From NCBI GenBank assembly GCA_051294905.1, contig CM119372.1:40426001-40490000 (forward strand): a DNA stretch of 64,000 nt. Direction: 5' to 3'. A program made the position numbers and the translations under genes. This document shows positions 26,004 through 40,600 of this stretch, piece by piece. A model generated the notes under the pieces. It saw only the letters and a list, made by a program, of their open reading frames with translations. It had not been told where the DNA came from and ran no database searches. This stretch comes from Botryllus schlosseri (taxonomy: Eukaryota). The first letter of the stretch is position 1, and every line of letters begins with the position of its first letter.

Positions 26004-28653
26004 TCAACAGTGTGCTAGAACTGATATGAAAGTGAGGGAATTTCTGATGTTTGTCGAAAACTGTATGTCGAATATCCAGTAGACTGAAAGCATCACTGCA
26101 AATCCCTCATGGAAGCTGTTGATATCTCGGACTGTCTCCTTATCAAAGTAGATGGCCCACTCCTTCTTTTCCACAGCAGAACAAATTGTAAGGTAGGCTG
26201 ATCTGGGCATCTGAAGAAAGGTTTGGTATTGTGAAACAGGTTAAACATACATATTGGCAGCGTATTATAACTATTCAAAAATACATGCTCACTTGAGTAG
26301 TATCAAAAGACTGTCAAACTACGTCTACTTGTAGCTGGTTTACAACATAACTCGTACCGAATAAAATTATGTCTTCCTACTTCTACTTCAGTATAGCCTT
26401 GTTAACTGCGTTTAACGCCACTGGCTCGGGCATATGAACATTAGATGGACTTGACAACCAGGTGTTAGTCAGCAGTTCACGCTGACACCAACTTTTTGTC
26501 GTCACCATGCCGACCTCTTTTTGACCGTCCAGTCCTGCGGGCTGGACACCCTCAAAAGTTTTTGAATTTGTAACTCTGTTTTACTGCAACTGTCATGTTA
26601 TTACTCATATTGAGTAAGTTGCGAATATGCATCTATCGAGTTGAAAAGTGGCCACCTTCGAAATACAGCTAAAATTATGCGTTTAGTTCTACTTTTTGAA
26701 AAAGCTGTACTACTCAAGATGTCCACTTGAAGTATATAACACTAACATGGCTTGCAGATCACCACTTATATACTTGTAATCGCCTAAATATACGGCGTGA
26801 TGATCTGAATCAGGGCCTAAAAATTAGGTTATCATTCATGTTGCCAATTGAGTGTGTGGACACCCAGAAATTGCTTTGCGAAACGCCATTTGTACACCAC
26901 TGCTTCACTGCGACTGCGATGAAAAGGGTGCACGGGCTTGTCAACAGCAGGGCGTTTGAGAAGGAGTAAATATTCAAATGCCCTTATCTGATCTTATTTC
27001 ATCGGTTGCAGCTATAAAAAAACATGACTGCTCTGTTGTCGAATTTCCAGCCAAATGATTAGTTATGAAAAACTGCCAGACTAAAAACGATTTAATAGCA
27101 ATGGGATGTATACCGTTGAAAAAATGTGTTTAAACTACAATTACATAGTTGCTATAAAATGCAAAGTTCGACTAGGACTGTCGAATCGTTCTGACAGTCC
27201 CGAATTATGTATACTTCAAATCAAACAACTGCTTGATAATATCGATAAATATTCGTACCTGATCAGACAGGAAGAAGTTTATTTTTGAGGAAAATGGCAG
27301 ATCCAGTCCAGATCGTCAGATTCTGTAATACAAAATACAACTAACTTACAGAGCATAAGTGTGTTGTTTGCTATGGAGGCATTGGTGTAGATCAGGGTTG
27401 ACCAACCTTTTTGCTATTCACGGCCTGATTTCCTAATATTAAAACAGCACGCGGCCGCATTCCAGCGCACAGTCCTAATGCACCAACTGGAAGTCAAATA
27501 TCCGCATTAAATTGTCGATTATGTCCATTTATTTTATACTCCGAGCTCACCTATTTATTCATATCGGCTTCTAAGGCTACAGGTTGACCCCCCTGGCATA
27601 GATCAAAAACGGCACAAAAACTCATGGCAAGTCCTGATGTTGATTGCTGTACAATTGAACATGACTAATGAGCACATATGGCAAATAATGGATCACAATT
27701 AAATACTTGATTGCATAATTGACGAGATCGTAAGTTCTGTTAAAACCAACAGCTCAGTTCAAAATTTACTATAACTCACCAGAACTGTCGTTTCCGTCAT
27801 GAGTACCTGGCGTCAAATTGAGGGCGATTTCCGACAGCACATCCAATGGATCATTCATTTTCTCGGCAATGCAATATTTACCTGGGTAAAGAGAAGTGTA
27901 CTTATGGGATCAAGGAATACTGACGGAACCAAAATTGGCTTTGCAGCATTGCCTTTCAAACTGTGAGATGGCATGCACTTGTGTGGATATACAATATGCA
28001 ATATGCATATACTTTACTTTTGCGGGCGTGGAATAATTCGAATTAACTTGATAGGACATTCAGTACAGTGACACCGAAACTTAGTCTTCATGAAGCATTT
28101 TTGAAAGCTGTTGGACGTGCGACACACCACCAATCGTAGTTCTTAAACACAACAATGTTTTCTCGCACCAGCAAGAGTCAATGTACTATCAATATTACGC
28201 AATCAAAGGCAGGTATATGAGCAGACCAGGTGTGGCATCACAAAACAAGGAGTGTACTGCAGAATTCGGTCCTACAAAACATGTATACCGACGGGCCGCG
28301 GCTACCAGTGAATTATACGCTGGATAAATTCGACAATAGAAATGTAACGCCTATCGCACCAGAATTGGACAACTAAAAAATGTTCAGCTAGCAGCAAGTA
28401 AATGATGTGAATTCAGTGTGTGCTTACTTACAATTACTTGACATATTGCAATGTCCTCTTTGAAGACGTCATCATCTCCGACATCCGCATACTCCAGATC
28501 TAGATACTGGCCTAATCTTCTGCCATAACACTGGATTTTGAAGTCACGGTCATGGAGTTCACCTTTGTGTATTTCCGAAACCTCTCTTATCTCAGAAGCG
28601 TCGTCGACAGTAATCAGCGGACAATAATTTGATAGCTTAACTAACAATTTCAT
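26004..28653 (-). pseudogene. Multi-exon accessory-gene remnant inside the EnSpm element (SAMD3-like C-terminus); intactness unknown
   Basis: Likely first exon MKLLVKLSNY...FKIQCY...QYLDL (from 28653); candidate exon 27881-27780 with AG/GT boundaries; terminal exon from 26210 after a TTTCTTCAG acceptor encoding FHEGFAVMLSVYWIFDIQFSTNIRNSLTFI, resembling the Y[YW]xFNxxYP...LxF motif I recall from SAMD3-like proteins. Confidence 0.55.
27393..27595. mobile_element. Old hAT MITE (203 bp) nested in the EnSpm element
   Basis: Degenerate TIRs CAGGGTTGACCAACCT / AGGTTGACCCCCCTG; flanking 8-mers GTGTAGAT and GCATAGAT (6/8 match). Confidence 0.65.
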
Positions 28654-31600
28654 GGCTACCTAAACAGACAGATTGATTAGCAAATGTTCATGAATATCTG
28701 GCCTGCACCGTCATGTGTTGAGAATCTAAATGGCATCTGTAGCTGTTGCATGCCGTGGCAATGTGATTGCACGATCCAATTTCACAGCCGAAGACTTGAC
28801 AGGCTGGGCAAGTATGTCCAACACGACAACGCATTTCTAATACAAGCATGACAACGCCAATCCATAATCCAAAGCCAACTATCTCCCTCTCGTATACTCC
28901 ATGGACTCAAAAAAACTCGCTTCTCTTACTACAAAATTTGTCGCAGACAACTGTGTTGTCGGCGCCATCTTTTTACCACACGAACTTTTTAGTGATACAA
29001 CAACCAATCAGAAGCAGGCATCAGTCTGACGATTTCACAGACTCAGTAACTCGCACCGTAACAATGGCAACAACAAACTTCTAACTATATACGGTAACGG
29101 CATATAACTAATATACGTAGTAACTTATATAGTAACGGACGAACTACTAGTACAGCGGACGACCAACGGACGATTGAATAATTTTTGATTCCAACACTTT
29201 CAAACTGAACATTGAACAAATATCTGCTCCCCGCAATGAAGATAGAGATTTTCATTCAATGATTGTGCACGATTGCGCGATGGCTTATAACTATTATCTC
29301 GCTGTCTCTGTGTACCGATATGAGGGTCACATATTACATACCAATGTCCTTCCGGCCTTCATATGTGTGTTTAACCAGCCACCTTGGGCACACGCATTAA
29401 ATTTCGCGACAACAACCCCGTATGCGCACCTCACGCGTAAAGGCAGATTCATCATCCACAGTCAAATAGGGGTGGAAAGAAGGATATCACCTTTCAGGAG
29501 GTGTATTATAGTCACCCTCCTTTGATCATGGGCGGAAACAATATTTCCACCCTAATTCCACCCTAAAATCCACCTTTATTTTTTACAGTGTAGGAAGCCT
29601 GCTTATCAGGTACGACAAATTGAAAAATCCGAGGGCACCAGGAGCATTTTGTAATAATGCGGACTCGCCTTAAGACAATCAATATGTAAGGTGATTGTAT
29701 TACGGGCGCTTGATTAGTTCTTGAGTCGTATGTCCTTTTACTGGACACGGCGCAATCTTCGGAAGCCAGCAATCGAACCAATCTCATCTACAGACCGTGA
29801 ACAAACCATCATTGGCCAGCTGATAATAAAGTCTGTTTAGATCGGTTCTTGCGTAATGTGAAATATCGAATCACGATGCAGTCCAAAACTCACATATTAT
29901 TTCTCAAAATTATCTAGCAAGCTCGGCTCCTAGGAAGCCTGCTTATCAGGTACGACAAATTGAAAAATCCGAGGGCACCAGGAGCATTTTGTAATGCGGA
30001 CTCGCCTTAAGACAATCAATATGTAAGGTGATTGTATTACGGGCGCTTAAGTAGTTCGTGAGTCGTATGTACATTCGCTGGACACGGCGCAATCTTCGAA
30101 AGCCAGCAATCGAACCAATCTTATCTACAGAACCTGAACAAACCATCATTGGCCAGCTGAAAACACCGTATTTTAGGTCGGTTCTTGCGTAATGTTAAAA
30201 ATCGAATCACGTTGCAGGCCAAAACTCACATATTATTTCTCAAAATTATCTAGCAAGCTCGGCTACTAGGAAGCCTGCTTATCAGATACGACTAATTGAA
30301 AAATCCGAGCGCACTCGGAGCATTTTGTAATGCGGACTCACCTTAACACAATCAATATGTAAGGTGATTGTATTACGGGCGCTTGATTAGTACTTGAGTC
30401 GTATGTCCTTTTACTGCACACGGCGCAATCTTCGGAAGCCAGCAATCGAACCAATCTTATCTAGAGTCCGTGAACAAACCTTCATTGGCCAGCTGATAAT
30501 ACCGTCTGTTTAGGTCCGTTCCTGCGTAATGTGAAATATCGAATCACGATGCAGGCCATAACTCACATATTATTTCTCAAAATTATCTAGCAAGCTCGGC
30601 TACTAGGAAGCCTGCTTATCAAATACGACTAATTGAAAAATCCGAGCGCACTCGGAGCATTTTGTAATGCGGACTCACCTTAACACAATCAATATGTAAG
30701 GTGATTGTATTACGGGCGCTTGATTAGTACTTGAGTCGTATGTCCTTTTACTGGACACGGCGCAATCTTCGGAAGCCAGCAATCGAACCAATCTTATCTA
30801 CAGACCCTGAACAAACTATGCTTGGCCAGCTGATAATACCGTCTGTTTAGTTCCGTTCCTGCGTAATGTGAAATATCGAATCACGATGCAGGCCAAAACT
30901 CACAGATTATTTCTCAAAATTATCTAGCAAGCTCGGCTACTAGGAAGCCTGCTTATCAGATACGACTAATTGAAAAATCCGAGCGCACTCGGAGCATTTT
31001 GTAATGCGGACTCACCTTAAGACAATCAATATGTAAGGTGATTGTATTACGGGCGCTTGATTAGTTCTTGAGTCGTATGTCCTTTTACTGGACACGGCGC
31101 AATCTTCGGAAGCCAGCAATCGAACCAATCTCATCTACAGACCCTGAACAAACTATGCTTGGCCAGCTGATAATACCGTCTGTTTAGTTCCGTTCCTGCG
31201 TAATGTGAAATATCGAATCACGATGCAGGCCAAAACTCACAGATTATTTCTCAAAATTATCTAGCAAGCTCGGCTACTAGGAAGCCTGCTTATCAAATAC
31301 GACAAATTGAAAAATCCGAGGGCACCAGGAGCATTTTGTAATAATGCGGACTCACCTTAATACAATCAATATGTAAGATGATTGCATTACGGGCGCTTGA
31401 TTAATTCGTGAGTCGTATGTACATTCGCTGGACACGGCGCAATCGTCGAAAGCCAGAAATCGATCCAATCTAATCTACAGAACCTGAACAAACCATCATT
31501 GGCCAGCTGATAATACTGTCCGTTTAGATCGGTTCTTGCGTAATGTGAAAAATCGAATCACGATGCAGGCCAAAACTCACATATTATTTCTCAAAATTAT

Positions 31601-34600
31601 CTAGCAAGCTCGGCCACTGGGAAGCCTGCTTATCAGATACGAATAATTGAAAAATCCGAGCGCACTCGGAGCATTTTGTAATGCGGACTCACCTTAACAC
31701 AATCAATATGTAAGATGATTGTATTACGGGCGCTTAAGTAGTTCGTGAGTCGTATGTACATTCGCTGGACACGGCGCAATCTTCGGAAGCCAGCAATCGA
31801 ACCAATCTTATCTACAGACCCTGAACAAACTATGCTTGGCCAGCTGATAATACCGTCTGTTTAGTTCCGTTCCTGCGTAATGTGAAATATCGAATCACGA
31901 TGCAGGCCAAAACTCACAGATTATTTCTCAAAATTATCTAGCAAGCTCGGCTACTAGGAAGCCTGCTTATCAGATACGACTAATTGAAAAATCCGAGCGC
32001 ACTCGGAGCATTTTGTAATGCGGACTCACCTGAACACAATCAATATGTAAGGTGATTGTATTACGGGCGCTTGATTAGTACTTGAGTCGTATGTCCTTTT
32101 ACTGGACAAGGCACAATCTTCGGATGCCAGCAATCGAACCAATCTTATCTAGAGTCCGTGAACAAACCATCATTGGCCAGCTGATAAGACCGTCTGTTTA
32201 GGTCCGTTCCTGCGTAATGTGAAATATCGAATCACGATGCAGGCCAAAACTCACATTTTATTTCTCAAAATTATCTAGCAAGCTCGGCTACTAGGAAGCC
32301 TGTCTATCGGATACGACTAATTGAAAAATCCGAGCGCACTTGGAGCATTTTGTAATGCGGACTCACCTTAACACAATCAATATGTAAGATGATTGTATTA
32401 CGGGCGCTTGATTAGTTCGTGAGTCGTATGTACATTCGCTGGACACGGCGCAATCGTCGAAAGCCAGAAATCGATCCAATCTAATCTACAGAACCTGAAC
32501 AAACCATCATTGGCCAGCTGATAATACCGTCCGTTTAGATCGGTTCTTGCGTAATGTGAAAAATCGAATCACGATGCAGGCCAAAACTCACATATTATTT
32601 CTCAAAATTATCTAGCAAGCTCGGCCACTGGGAAGCCTGCTTATCAGATACGAATAATTGAAAAATCCGAGCGCACTCGGAGCATTTTGTAATGCGGACT
32701 CACCTTAACACAATCAATATGTAAGATGATTGTATTACGGGCGCTTAAGTAGTTCGTGAGTCGTATGTACATTCGCTGGACACGGCGCAATCTTCGGAAG
32801 CCAGCAATCGAACCAATCTTATCTACAGACCCTGAACAAACTATGCTTGGCCAGCTGATAATACCGTCTGTTTAGTTCCGTTCCTGCGTAATGTGAAATA
32901 TCGAATCACGATGCAGGCCAAAACTCACAGATTATTTCTCAAAATTATCTAGCAAGCTCGGCTACTAGGAAGCCTGCTTATCAGATACGACTAATTGAAA
33001 AATCCGAGCGCACTCGGAGCATTTTGTAATGCGGACTCACCTGAACACAATCAATATGTAAGGTGATTGTATTACGGGCGCTTGATTAGTTCTTGAGTCG
33101 TATGTCCTTTTACTGGACACGGCGCAATCTTCGGAAGCCAGCAATCGAACCAATCTCATCTACAGACCCTGAACAAACTATGCTTGGCCAGCTGATAATA
33201 CCGTCTGTTTAGTTCCGTTCCTGCGTAATGTGAAATATCGAATCACGATGCAGGCCAAAACTCACAGATTATTTCTCAAAATTATCTAGCAAGCTCGGCT
33301 ACTAGGAAGCCTGCTTATCAAATACGACAAATTGAAAAATCCGAGGGCACCAGGAGCATTTTGTAATAATGCGGACTCACCTTAACACAATCAATATGTA
33401 AGATGATTGTATTACGGGCGCTTGATTAATTCGTGAGTCGTATGTACATTCGCTGGACACGGCGCAATCGTCGAAAGCCAGAAATCGATCCAATCTAATC
33501 TACAGAACCTGAACAAACCATCATTGGCCAGCTGATAATACTGTCCGTTTAGATCGGTTCTTGCGTAATGTGAAAAATCGAATCACCATGCAGGCCAAAA
33601 CTCACATATTATTTCTCAAAATTATCTAGCAAGCTCGGCCACTGGGAAGCCTGCTTATCAGATACGAATAATTGAAAAATCCGAGCGCACTCGGAGCATT
33701 TTGTAATGCGGACTCACCTTAACACAATCAATATGTAAGATGATTGTATTACGGGCGCTTAAGTAGTTCGTGAGTCGTATGTACATTCGCTGGACACGGC
33801 GCAATCTTCGGAAGCCAGCAATCGAACCAATCTTATCTACAGACCCTGAACAAACTATGCTTGGCCAGCTGATAATACCGTCTGTTTAGTTCCGTTCCTG
33901 CGTAATGTGAAATATCGAATCACGATGCAGGCCAAAACTCACAGATTATTTCTCAAAATTATCTAGCAAGCTCGGCTACTAGGAAGCCTGCTTATCAGAT
34001 ACGACTAATTGAAAAATCCGAGCGCACTCGGAGCATTTTGTAATGCGGACTCACCTGAACACAATCAATATGTAAGGTGATTGTATTACGGGCGCTTGAT
34101 TAGTACTTGAGTCGTATGTCCTTTTACTGGACAAGGCACAATCTTCGGATGCCAGCAATCGAACCAATCTTATCTAGAGTCCGTGAACAAACCATCATTG
34201 GCCAGCTGATAAGACCGTCTGTTTAGGTCCGTTCCTGCGTAATGTGAAATATCGAATCACGATGCAGGCCAAAACTCACATATTATTTCTCAAAATTATC
34301 TAGCAAGCTCGGCTACTAGGAAGCCTGTTTATCGGATACGACTAATTGAAAAATCCGAGCGCACTTGGAGCATTTTGTAATGCGGACTCACCTTAACACA
34401 ATCAATATGTAAGATGATTGTATTACGGGCGCTTGATTAGTTCGTGAGTCGTATGTACATTCGCTGGACACGGCGCAATCGTCGAAAGCCAGAAATCGAT
34501 CCAATCTAATCTACAGAACCTGAACAAACCATCATTGGCCAGCTGATAATACCGTCCGTTTAGATCGGTTCTTGCGTAATGTGAAAAATCGAATCACGAT

Positions 34601-37600
34601 GCAGGCCAAAACTCACATATTATTTCTCAAAATTATCTAGCAAGCTCGGCCACTGGGAAGCCTGCTTATCAGATACGAATAATTGAAAAATCCGAGCGCA
34701 CTCGGAGCATTTTGTAATGCGTACTCAGCTTAACACAATCAATATGTAAGATGATTGTATTACGGGCGCTTAAGTAGTTCGTGAGTCGTATGTACATTCG
34801 CTGGACACGGCGCAATCTTCGGAAGCCAGCAATCGAACCAATCTTATCTACAGACCCTGAACAAACTATGCTTGGCCAGCTGATAATACCGTCTGTTTAG
34901 TTCCGTTCCTGCGTAATGTGAAATATCGAATCACGATGCAGGCCAAAACTCACAGATTATTTCTCAAAATTATCTAGCAAGCTCGGCTACTAGGAAGCCT
35001 GCTTATCAGATACGACTAATTGAAAAATCCGAGCGCACTCGGAGCATTTTGTAATGCGGACTCACCTGAACACAATCAATATGTAAGGTGATTGTATTAC
35101 GGGCGCTTGATTAGTTCTTGAGTCGTATGTCCTTTTACTGGACACGGCGCAATCTTCGAAAGCCAGCAATCGAACCAATCTCATCTACAGACCGTGAACA
35201 AACCATCATTGGCCAGCTGATAATACCGTCTGTTTAGATCGGTTCTTGCGTAATGTGAAATATCGAATCACGATGCAGTCCAAAACTCACATATTATTTC
35301 TCAAAATTATCTAGCAAGCTCGGCTCCTAGGAAGCCTGCTTATCAGGTACGACAAATTGAAAAATCCGAGGGCACCAGGAGCATTTTGTAATGCGGACTC
35401 GCCTTAAGACAATCAATATGTAAGGTGATTGTATTACGGGCGCTTAAGTAGTTCGTGAGTCGTATGTACATTCGCTGGACACGGCGCAATCTTCGAAAGC
35501 CAGCAATCGAACCAATCTTATCTACAGAACCTGAACAAACCATCATTGGCCAGCTGAAAACACCGTATTTTAGGTCGGTTCTTGCGTAATGTTAAAAATC
35601 GAATCACGTTGCAGGCCAAAACTCACATATTATTTCTCAAAATTATCTAGCAAGCTCGGCTACTAGGAAGCCTGCTTATCAGGTACGACTAATTGAAAAA
35701 TCCGAGCGCACTCGGAGCATTTTGTAATGCGGACTCACCTTAACACAATCAATATGTAAGGTGATTGTATTACGGGCGCTTGATTAGTACTTGAGTCGTA
35801 TGTCCTTTTACTGGACACGGCGCAATCTTCGGAAGCCAGCAATCGAACCAATCTTATCTACAGACCCTGAACAAACTATGCTTGGCCAGCTGATAATACC
35901 GTCTGTTTAGTTCCGTTCCTGCGTAATGTGAAATATCGAATCACGATGCAGGCCAAAACTCACAGATTATTTCTCAAAATTATCTAGCAAGCTCGGCTAC
36001 TAGGAAGCCTGCTTATCAGATACGACTAATTGAAAAATCCGAGCGCACTCGGAGCATTTTGTAATGCGGACTCACCTTAAGACAATGAATATGTAAGGTG
36101 ATTGTATTACGGGCGCTTGATTAGTTCTTGAGTCGTATGTCCTTTTACTGGACACGGCGCAATCTTCGGAAGCCAGCAATCGAACCAATCTCATCTACAG
36201 ACCGTGAACAAACCATCATTGGCCAGCTGATAATACCGTCTGTTTAGGTCCGTTCCTGCGTAATGTGAAATATCGCATCACGATGCAGGCCAAAACTCAC
36301 ATATTATTTCTCAAAATTATCTAGCATGCTCGGCTCCTAGGAAGCCTGCTTATCAGGTACGACTAATTGAAAAATCCGAGCGCACCAGGAGCATTTTGTA
36401 ATGCGGACTCATCTTAACACAATCAATATGTAAGGTGATTGTATTACGGGCACTTAAGTAGTTCGTGAGTCGTATGTCCTTTTACTGGACACGGCGCAAT
36501 CTTCGGAAGCCAGCAATCGAACCAATCTTATCTACAGACCCTGAACAATTTATCATTGGCCAGCTGATAATACCGTCTGTTTCGGTCCGTTCCTGCGTAA
36601 TGTGAAATATCGAATCACGATGCAGGCCAAAACTCACATATAATTTCTCAAAATTATCTAGCATGCTCGGCTCCTAGGAAGCCTGCTTATCAGGTACGAC
36701 AAATTGAAAAATCCGAGCGCACTCGGAGCATTTTGTAATGCGGACTCACCTTAACACAATCAATATGTAAGATGATTGTATTACGGGCACTTGATTAGTT
36801 CGTGAGTCGTATGTACATTCGCTGGACACGGCGCAATCTTCGAAAGCCAGAAATCGATCCAATCTAATCTACAGAACCTGAACAAACCATCATTGGCCAG
36901 CTGATAATACCGTCTGTTTAGATCGGTTCTTGCGTAATGTGAAAAATCGAATCACGATGCAGGCCAAAACTCACATATTATTTCTCAAAATTATCTAGCA
37001 AGCTCGGCTCCTAGGAAGCCTGCTTATCAGGTACGACAAATTGAAAAATCCGAGGGCACCAGGAGCATTTTGTAATAATGCGGACTCGCCTTAAGACAAT
37101 CAATATGTAAGGTGATTGTATTACGGGCGCTTGATTAGTTCTTGAGTCGTATGTCCTTTTACTGGACACGGCGCAATCTTCGGAAGCCAGCAATCGAACC
37201 AATCTCATCTACAGACCGTGAACAAACCATCATTGGCCAGCTGATAATAAAGTCTGTTTAGATCGGTTCTTGCGTAATGTGAAATATCGAATCACGATGC
37301 AGTCCAAAACTCACATATTATTTCTCAAAATTATCTAGCAAGCTCGGCTCCTAGGAAGCCTGCTTATCAGGTACGACAAATTGAAAAATCCGAGGGCACC
37401 AGGAGCATTTTGTAATGCGGACTCGCCTTAAGACAATCAATATGTAAGGTGATTGTATTACGGGCGCTTAAGTAGTTCGTGAGTCGTATGTACATTCGCT
37501 GGACACGGCGCAATCTTCGAAAGCCAGCAATCGAACCAATCTTATCTACAGAACCTGAACAAACCATCATTGGCCAGCTGAAAACACCGTATTTTAGGTC

Positions 37601-40600
37601 GGTTCTTGCGTAATGTTAAAAATCGAATCACGTTGCAGGCCAAAACTCACATATTATTTCTCAAAATTATCTAGCAAGCTCGGCTACTAGGAAGCCTGCT
37701 TATCAGATACGACTAATTGAAAAATCCGAGCGCACTCGGAGCATTTTGTAATGCGGACTCACCTTAACACAATCAATATGTAAGGTGATTGTATTACGGG
37801 CGCTTGATTAGTACTTGAGTCGTATGTCCTTTTACTGGACACGGCGCAATCTTCGGAAGCCAGCAATCGAACCAATCTTATCTAGAGTCCGTGAACAAAC
37901 CTTCATTGGCCAGCTGATAATACCGTCTGTTTAGGTCCGTTCCTGCGTAATGTGAAATATCGAATCACGATGCAGGCCATAACTCACATATTATTTCTCA
38001 AAATTATCTAGCAAGCTCGGCTACTAGGAAGCCTGCTTATCAAATACGACTAATTGAAAAATCCGAGCGCACTCGGAGCATTTTGTAATGCGGACTCACC
38101 TTAACACAATCAATATGTAAGGTGATTGTATTACGGGCGCTTGATTAGTACTTGAGTCGTATGTCCTTTTACTGGACACGGCGCAATCTTCGGAAGCCAG
38201 CAATCGAACCAATCTTATCTACAGACCCTGAACAAACTATGCTTGGCCAGCTGATAATACCGTCTGTTTAGTTCCGTTCCTGCGTAATGTGAAATATCGA
38301 ATCACGATGCAGGTCAAAACTCACAGATTATTTCTCAAAATTATCTAGCAAGCTCGGCTACTAGGAAGCCTGCTTATCAGATACGACTAATTGAAAAATC
38401 CGAGCGCACTCGGAGCATTTTGTAATGCGGACTCACCTTAAGACAATCAATATGTAAGGTGATTGTATTACGGGCGCTTGATTAGTTCTTGAGTCGTATG
38501 TCCTTTTACTGGACACGGCGCAATCTTCGGAAGCCAGCAATCGAACCAATCTCATCTACAGACCGTGAACAAACCATCATTGGCCAGCTGATAATACCGT
38601 CTGTTTAGGTCCGTTCCTGCGTAATGTGAAATATCGAATCACGATGCAGGCCAAAACTCACATATTATTTCTCAAAATTATCTAGCATGCTCGGCTCCTA
38701 GGAAGCCTGCTTATCAGGTACGACTAATTGAAAAATCCGAGCGCACCAGGAGCATTTTGTAATGCGGACTCACCTTAACACAATCAATATGTAAGGTGAT
38801 TGTATTACGGGCACTTAAGTAGTTCGTGAGTCGTATGTCCTTTTACTGGACACGGCGCAATCTTCGGAAGCCAGCAATCGAACCAATCTTATCTACAGAC
38901 CCTGAACAATTTATCATTGGCCAGCTGATAATACCGTCTGTTTCGGTCCGTTCCTGCGTAATGTGAAATATCGAATCACGATGCAGGCCAAAACTCGCAT
39001 ATAATTTCTCAAAATTATCTAGCATGCTCGGCTCCTAGGAAGCCTGCTTATCAGGTACGACAAATTGAAAAATCCGAGCGCACTCGGAGCATTTTGTAAT
39101 GCGGACTCACCTTAACACAATCAATATGTAAGATGATTGTATTACGGGCACTTGATTAGTTCGTGAGTCGTATGTACATTCGCTGGACACGGCGCAATCT
39201 TCGAAAGCCAGAAATCGATCCAATCTAATCTACAGAACCTGAACAAACCATCATTGGCCAGCTGATAATACCGTCTGTTTAGATCGGTTCTTGCGTAATG
39301 TGAAAAATCGAATCACGATGCAGGCCAAAACTCACATATTATTTCTCAAAATTATCTAGCAAGCTCGGCCACTGGGAAGCCTGCTTATCAGATACGAATA
39401 ATTGAAAAATCCGAGCGCACTCGGAGCATTTTGTAATGCGGACTCACCTTAACACAATCAATATGTAAGATGATTGTATTACGGGCGCTTAAGTAGTTCG
39501 TGAGTCGTATGTACATTCGCTGGACACGGCGCAATCTTCGGAAGCCAGCAATCGAACCAATCTTATCTACAGACCCCGAACAAACTATGCTTGGCCAGCT
39601 GATAATATCGTCTGTTTAGTTCCGTTCCTGCGTAATGTGAAATATCGAATCACGATGCAGGCCAAAACTCACAGATTATTTCTCAAAATTATCTAGCAAG
39701 CTCGGCTACTAGGAAGCCTGCTTATCAGATACGACTAATTGAAAAATCCGAGCGCACTCGGAGCATTTTGTAATGCGGACTCACCTTAAGACAATCAATA
39801 TGTAAGGTGATTGTATTACGGGCGCTTGATTAGTTCTTGAGTCGTATGTCCTTTTACTGGACACGGCGCAATCTTCGGAAGCCAGCAATCGAACCAATCT
39901 CATCTACAGACCGTGAACAAACCATCATTGGCCAGCTGATAATACCGTCTGTTTAGATCGGTTCTTGCGTAATGTGAAATATCGAATCACGATGCAGTCC
40001 AAAACTCACATATTGTTTCTCAAAATTATCTAGCAAGCTCGGCTCCTAGGAAGCCTGCTTATCAGGTACGACAAATTGAAAAATCCGAGGGCACCAGGAG
40101 CATTTTGTAATGCGGACTCGCCTTAAGACAATCAATATGTAAGGTGATTGTATTACGGGCGCTTAAGTAGTTCGTGAGTCGTATGTACATTCGCTGGACA
40201 CGGCGCAATCTTCGAAAGCCAGCAATCGAACCAATCTTATCTACAGAACCTGAACAAACCATCATTGGCCAGCTGAAAACACCGTATTTTAGGTCGGTTC
40301 TTGCGTAATGTTAAAAATCGAATCACGTTGCAGGCCAAAACTCACATATTATTTCTCAAAATTATCTAGCAAGCTCGGCTACTAGGAAGCCTGCTTATCA
40401 GATACGACTAATTGAAAAATCCGAGCGCACTCGGAGCATTTTGTAATGCGGACTCACCTTAACACAATCAATATGTAAGGTGATTGTATTACGGGCGCTT
40501 GATTAGTACTTGAGTCGTATGTCCTTTTACTGGACACGGCGCAATCTTCGGAAGCCAGCAATCGAACCAATCTTATCTAGAGTCCGTGAACAAACCTTCA

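Larger units (their letters stand above)
25664..29590 (-). mobile_element. CACTG-type EnSpm/CMC DNA transposon, non-autonomous, 3927 bp
   Basis: TIR CACTGTAAAAA / TTTTTACAGTG; 2-bp TSD TA (25662-25663, 29591-29592); subterminal CCACC...GGTGG palindromic repeats; satellite resumes in phase; no transposase motifs seen. Confidence 0.92.
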
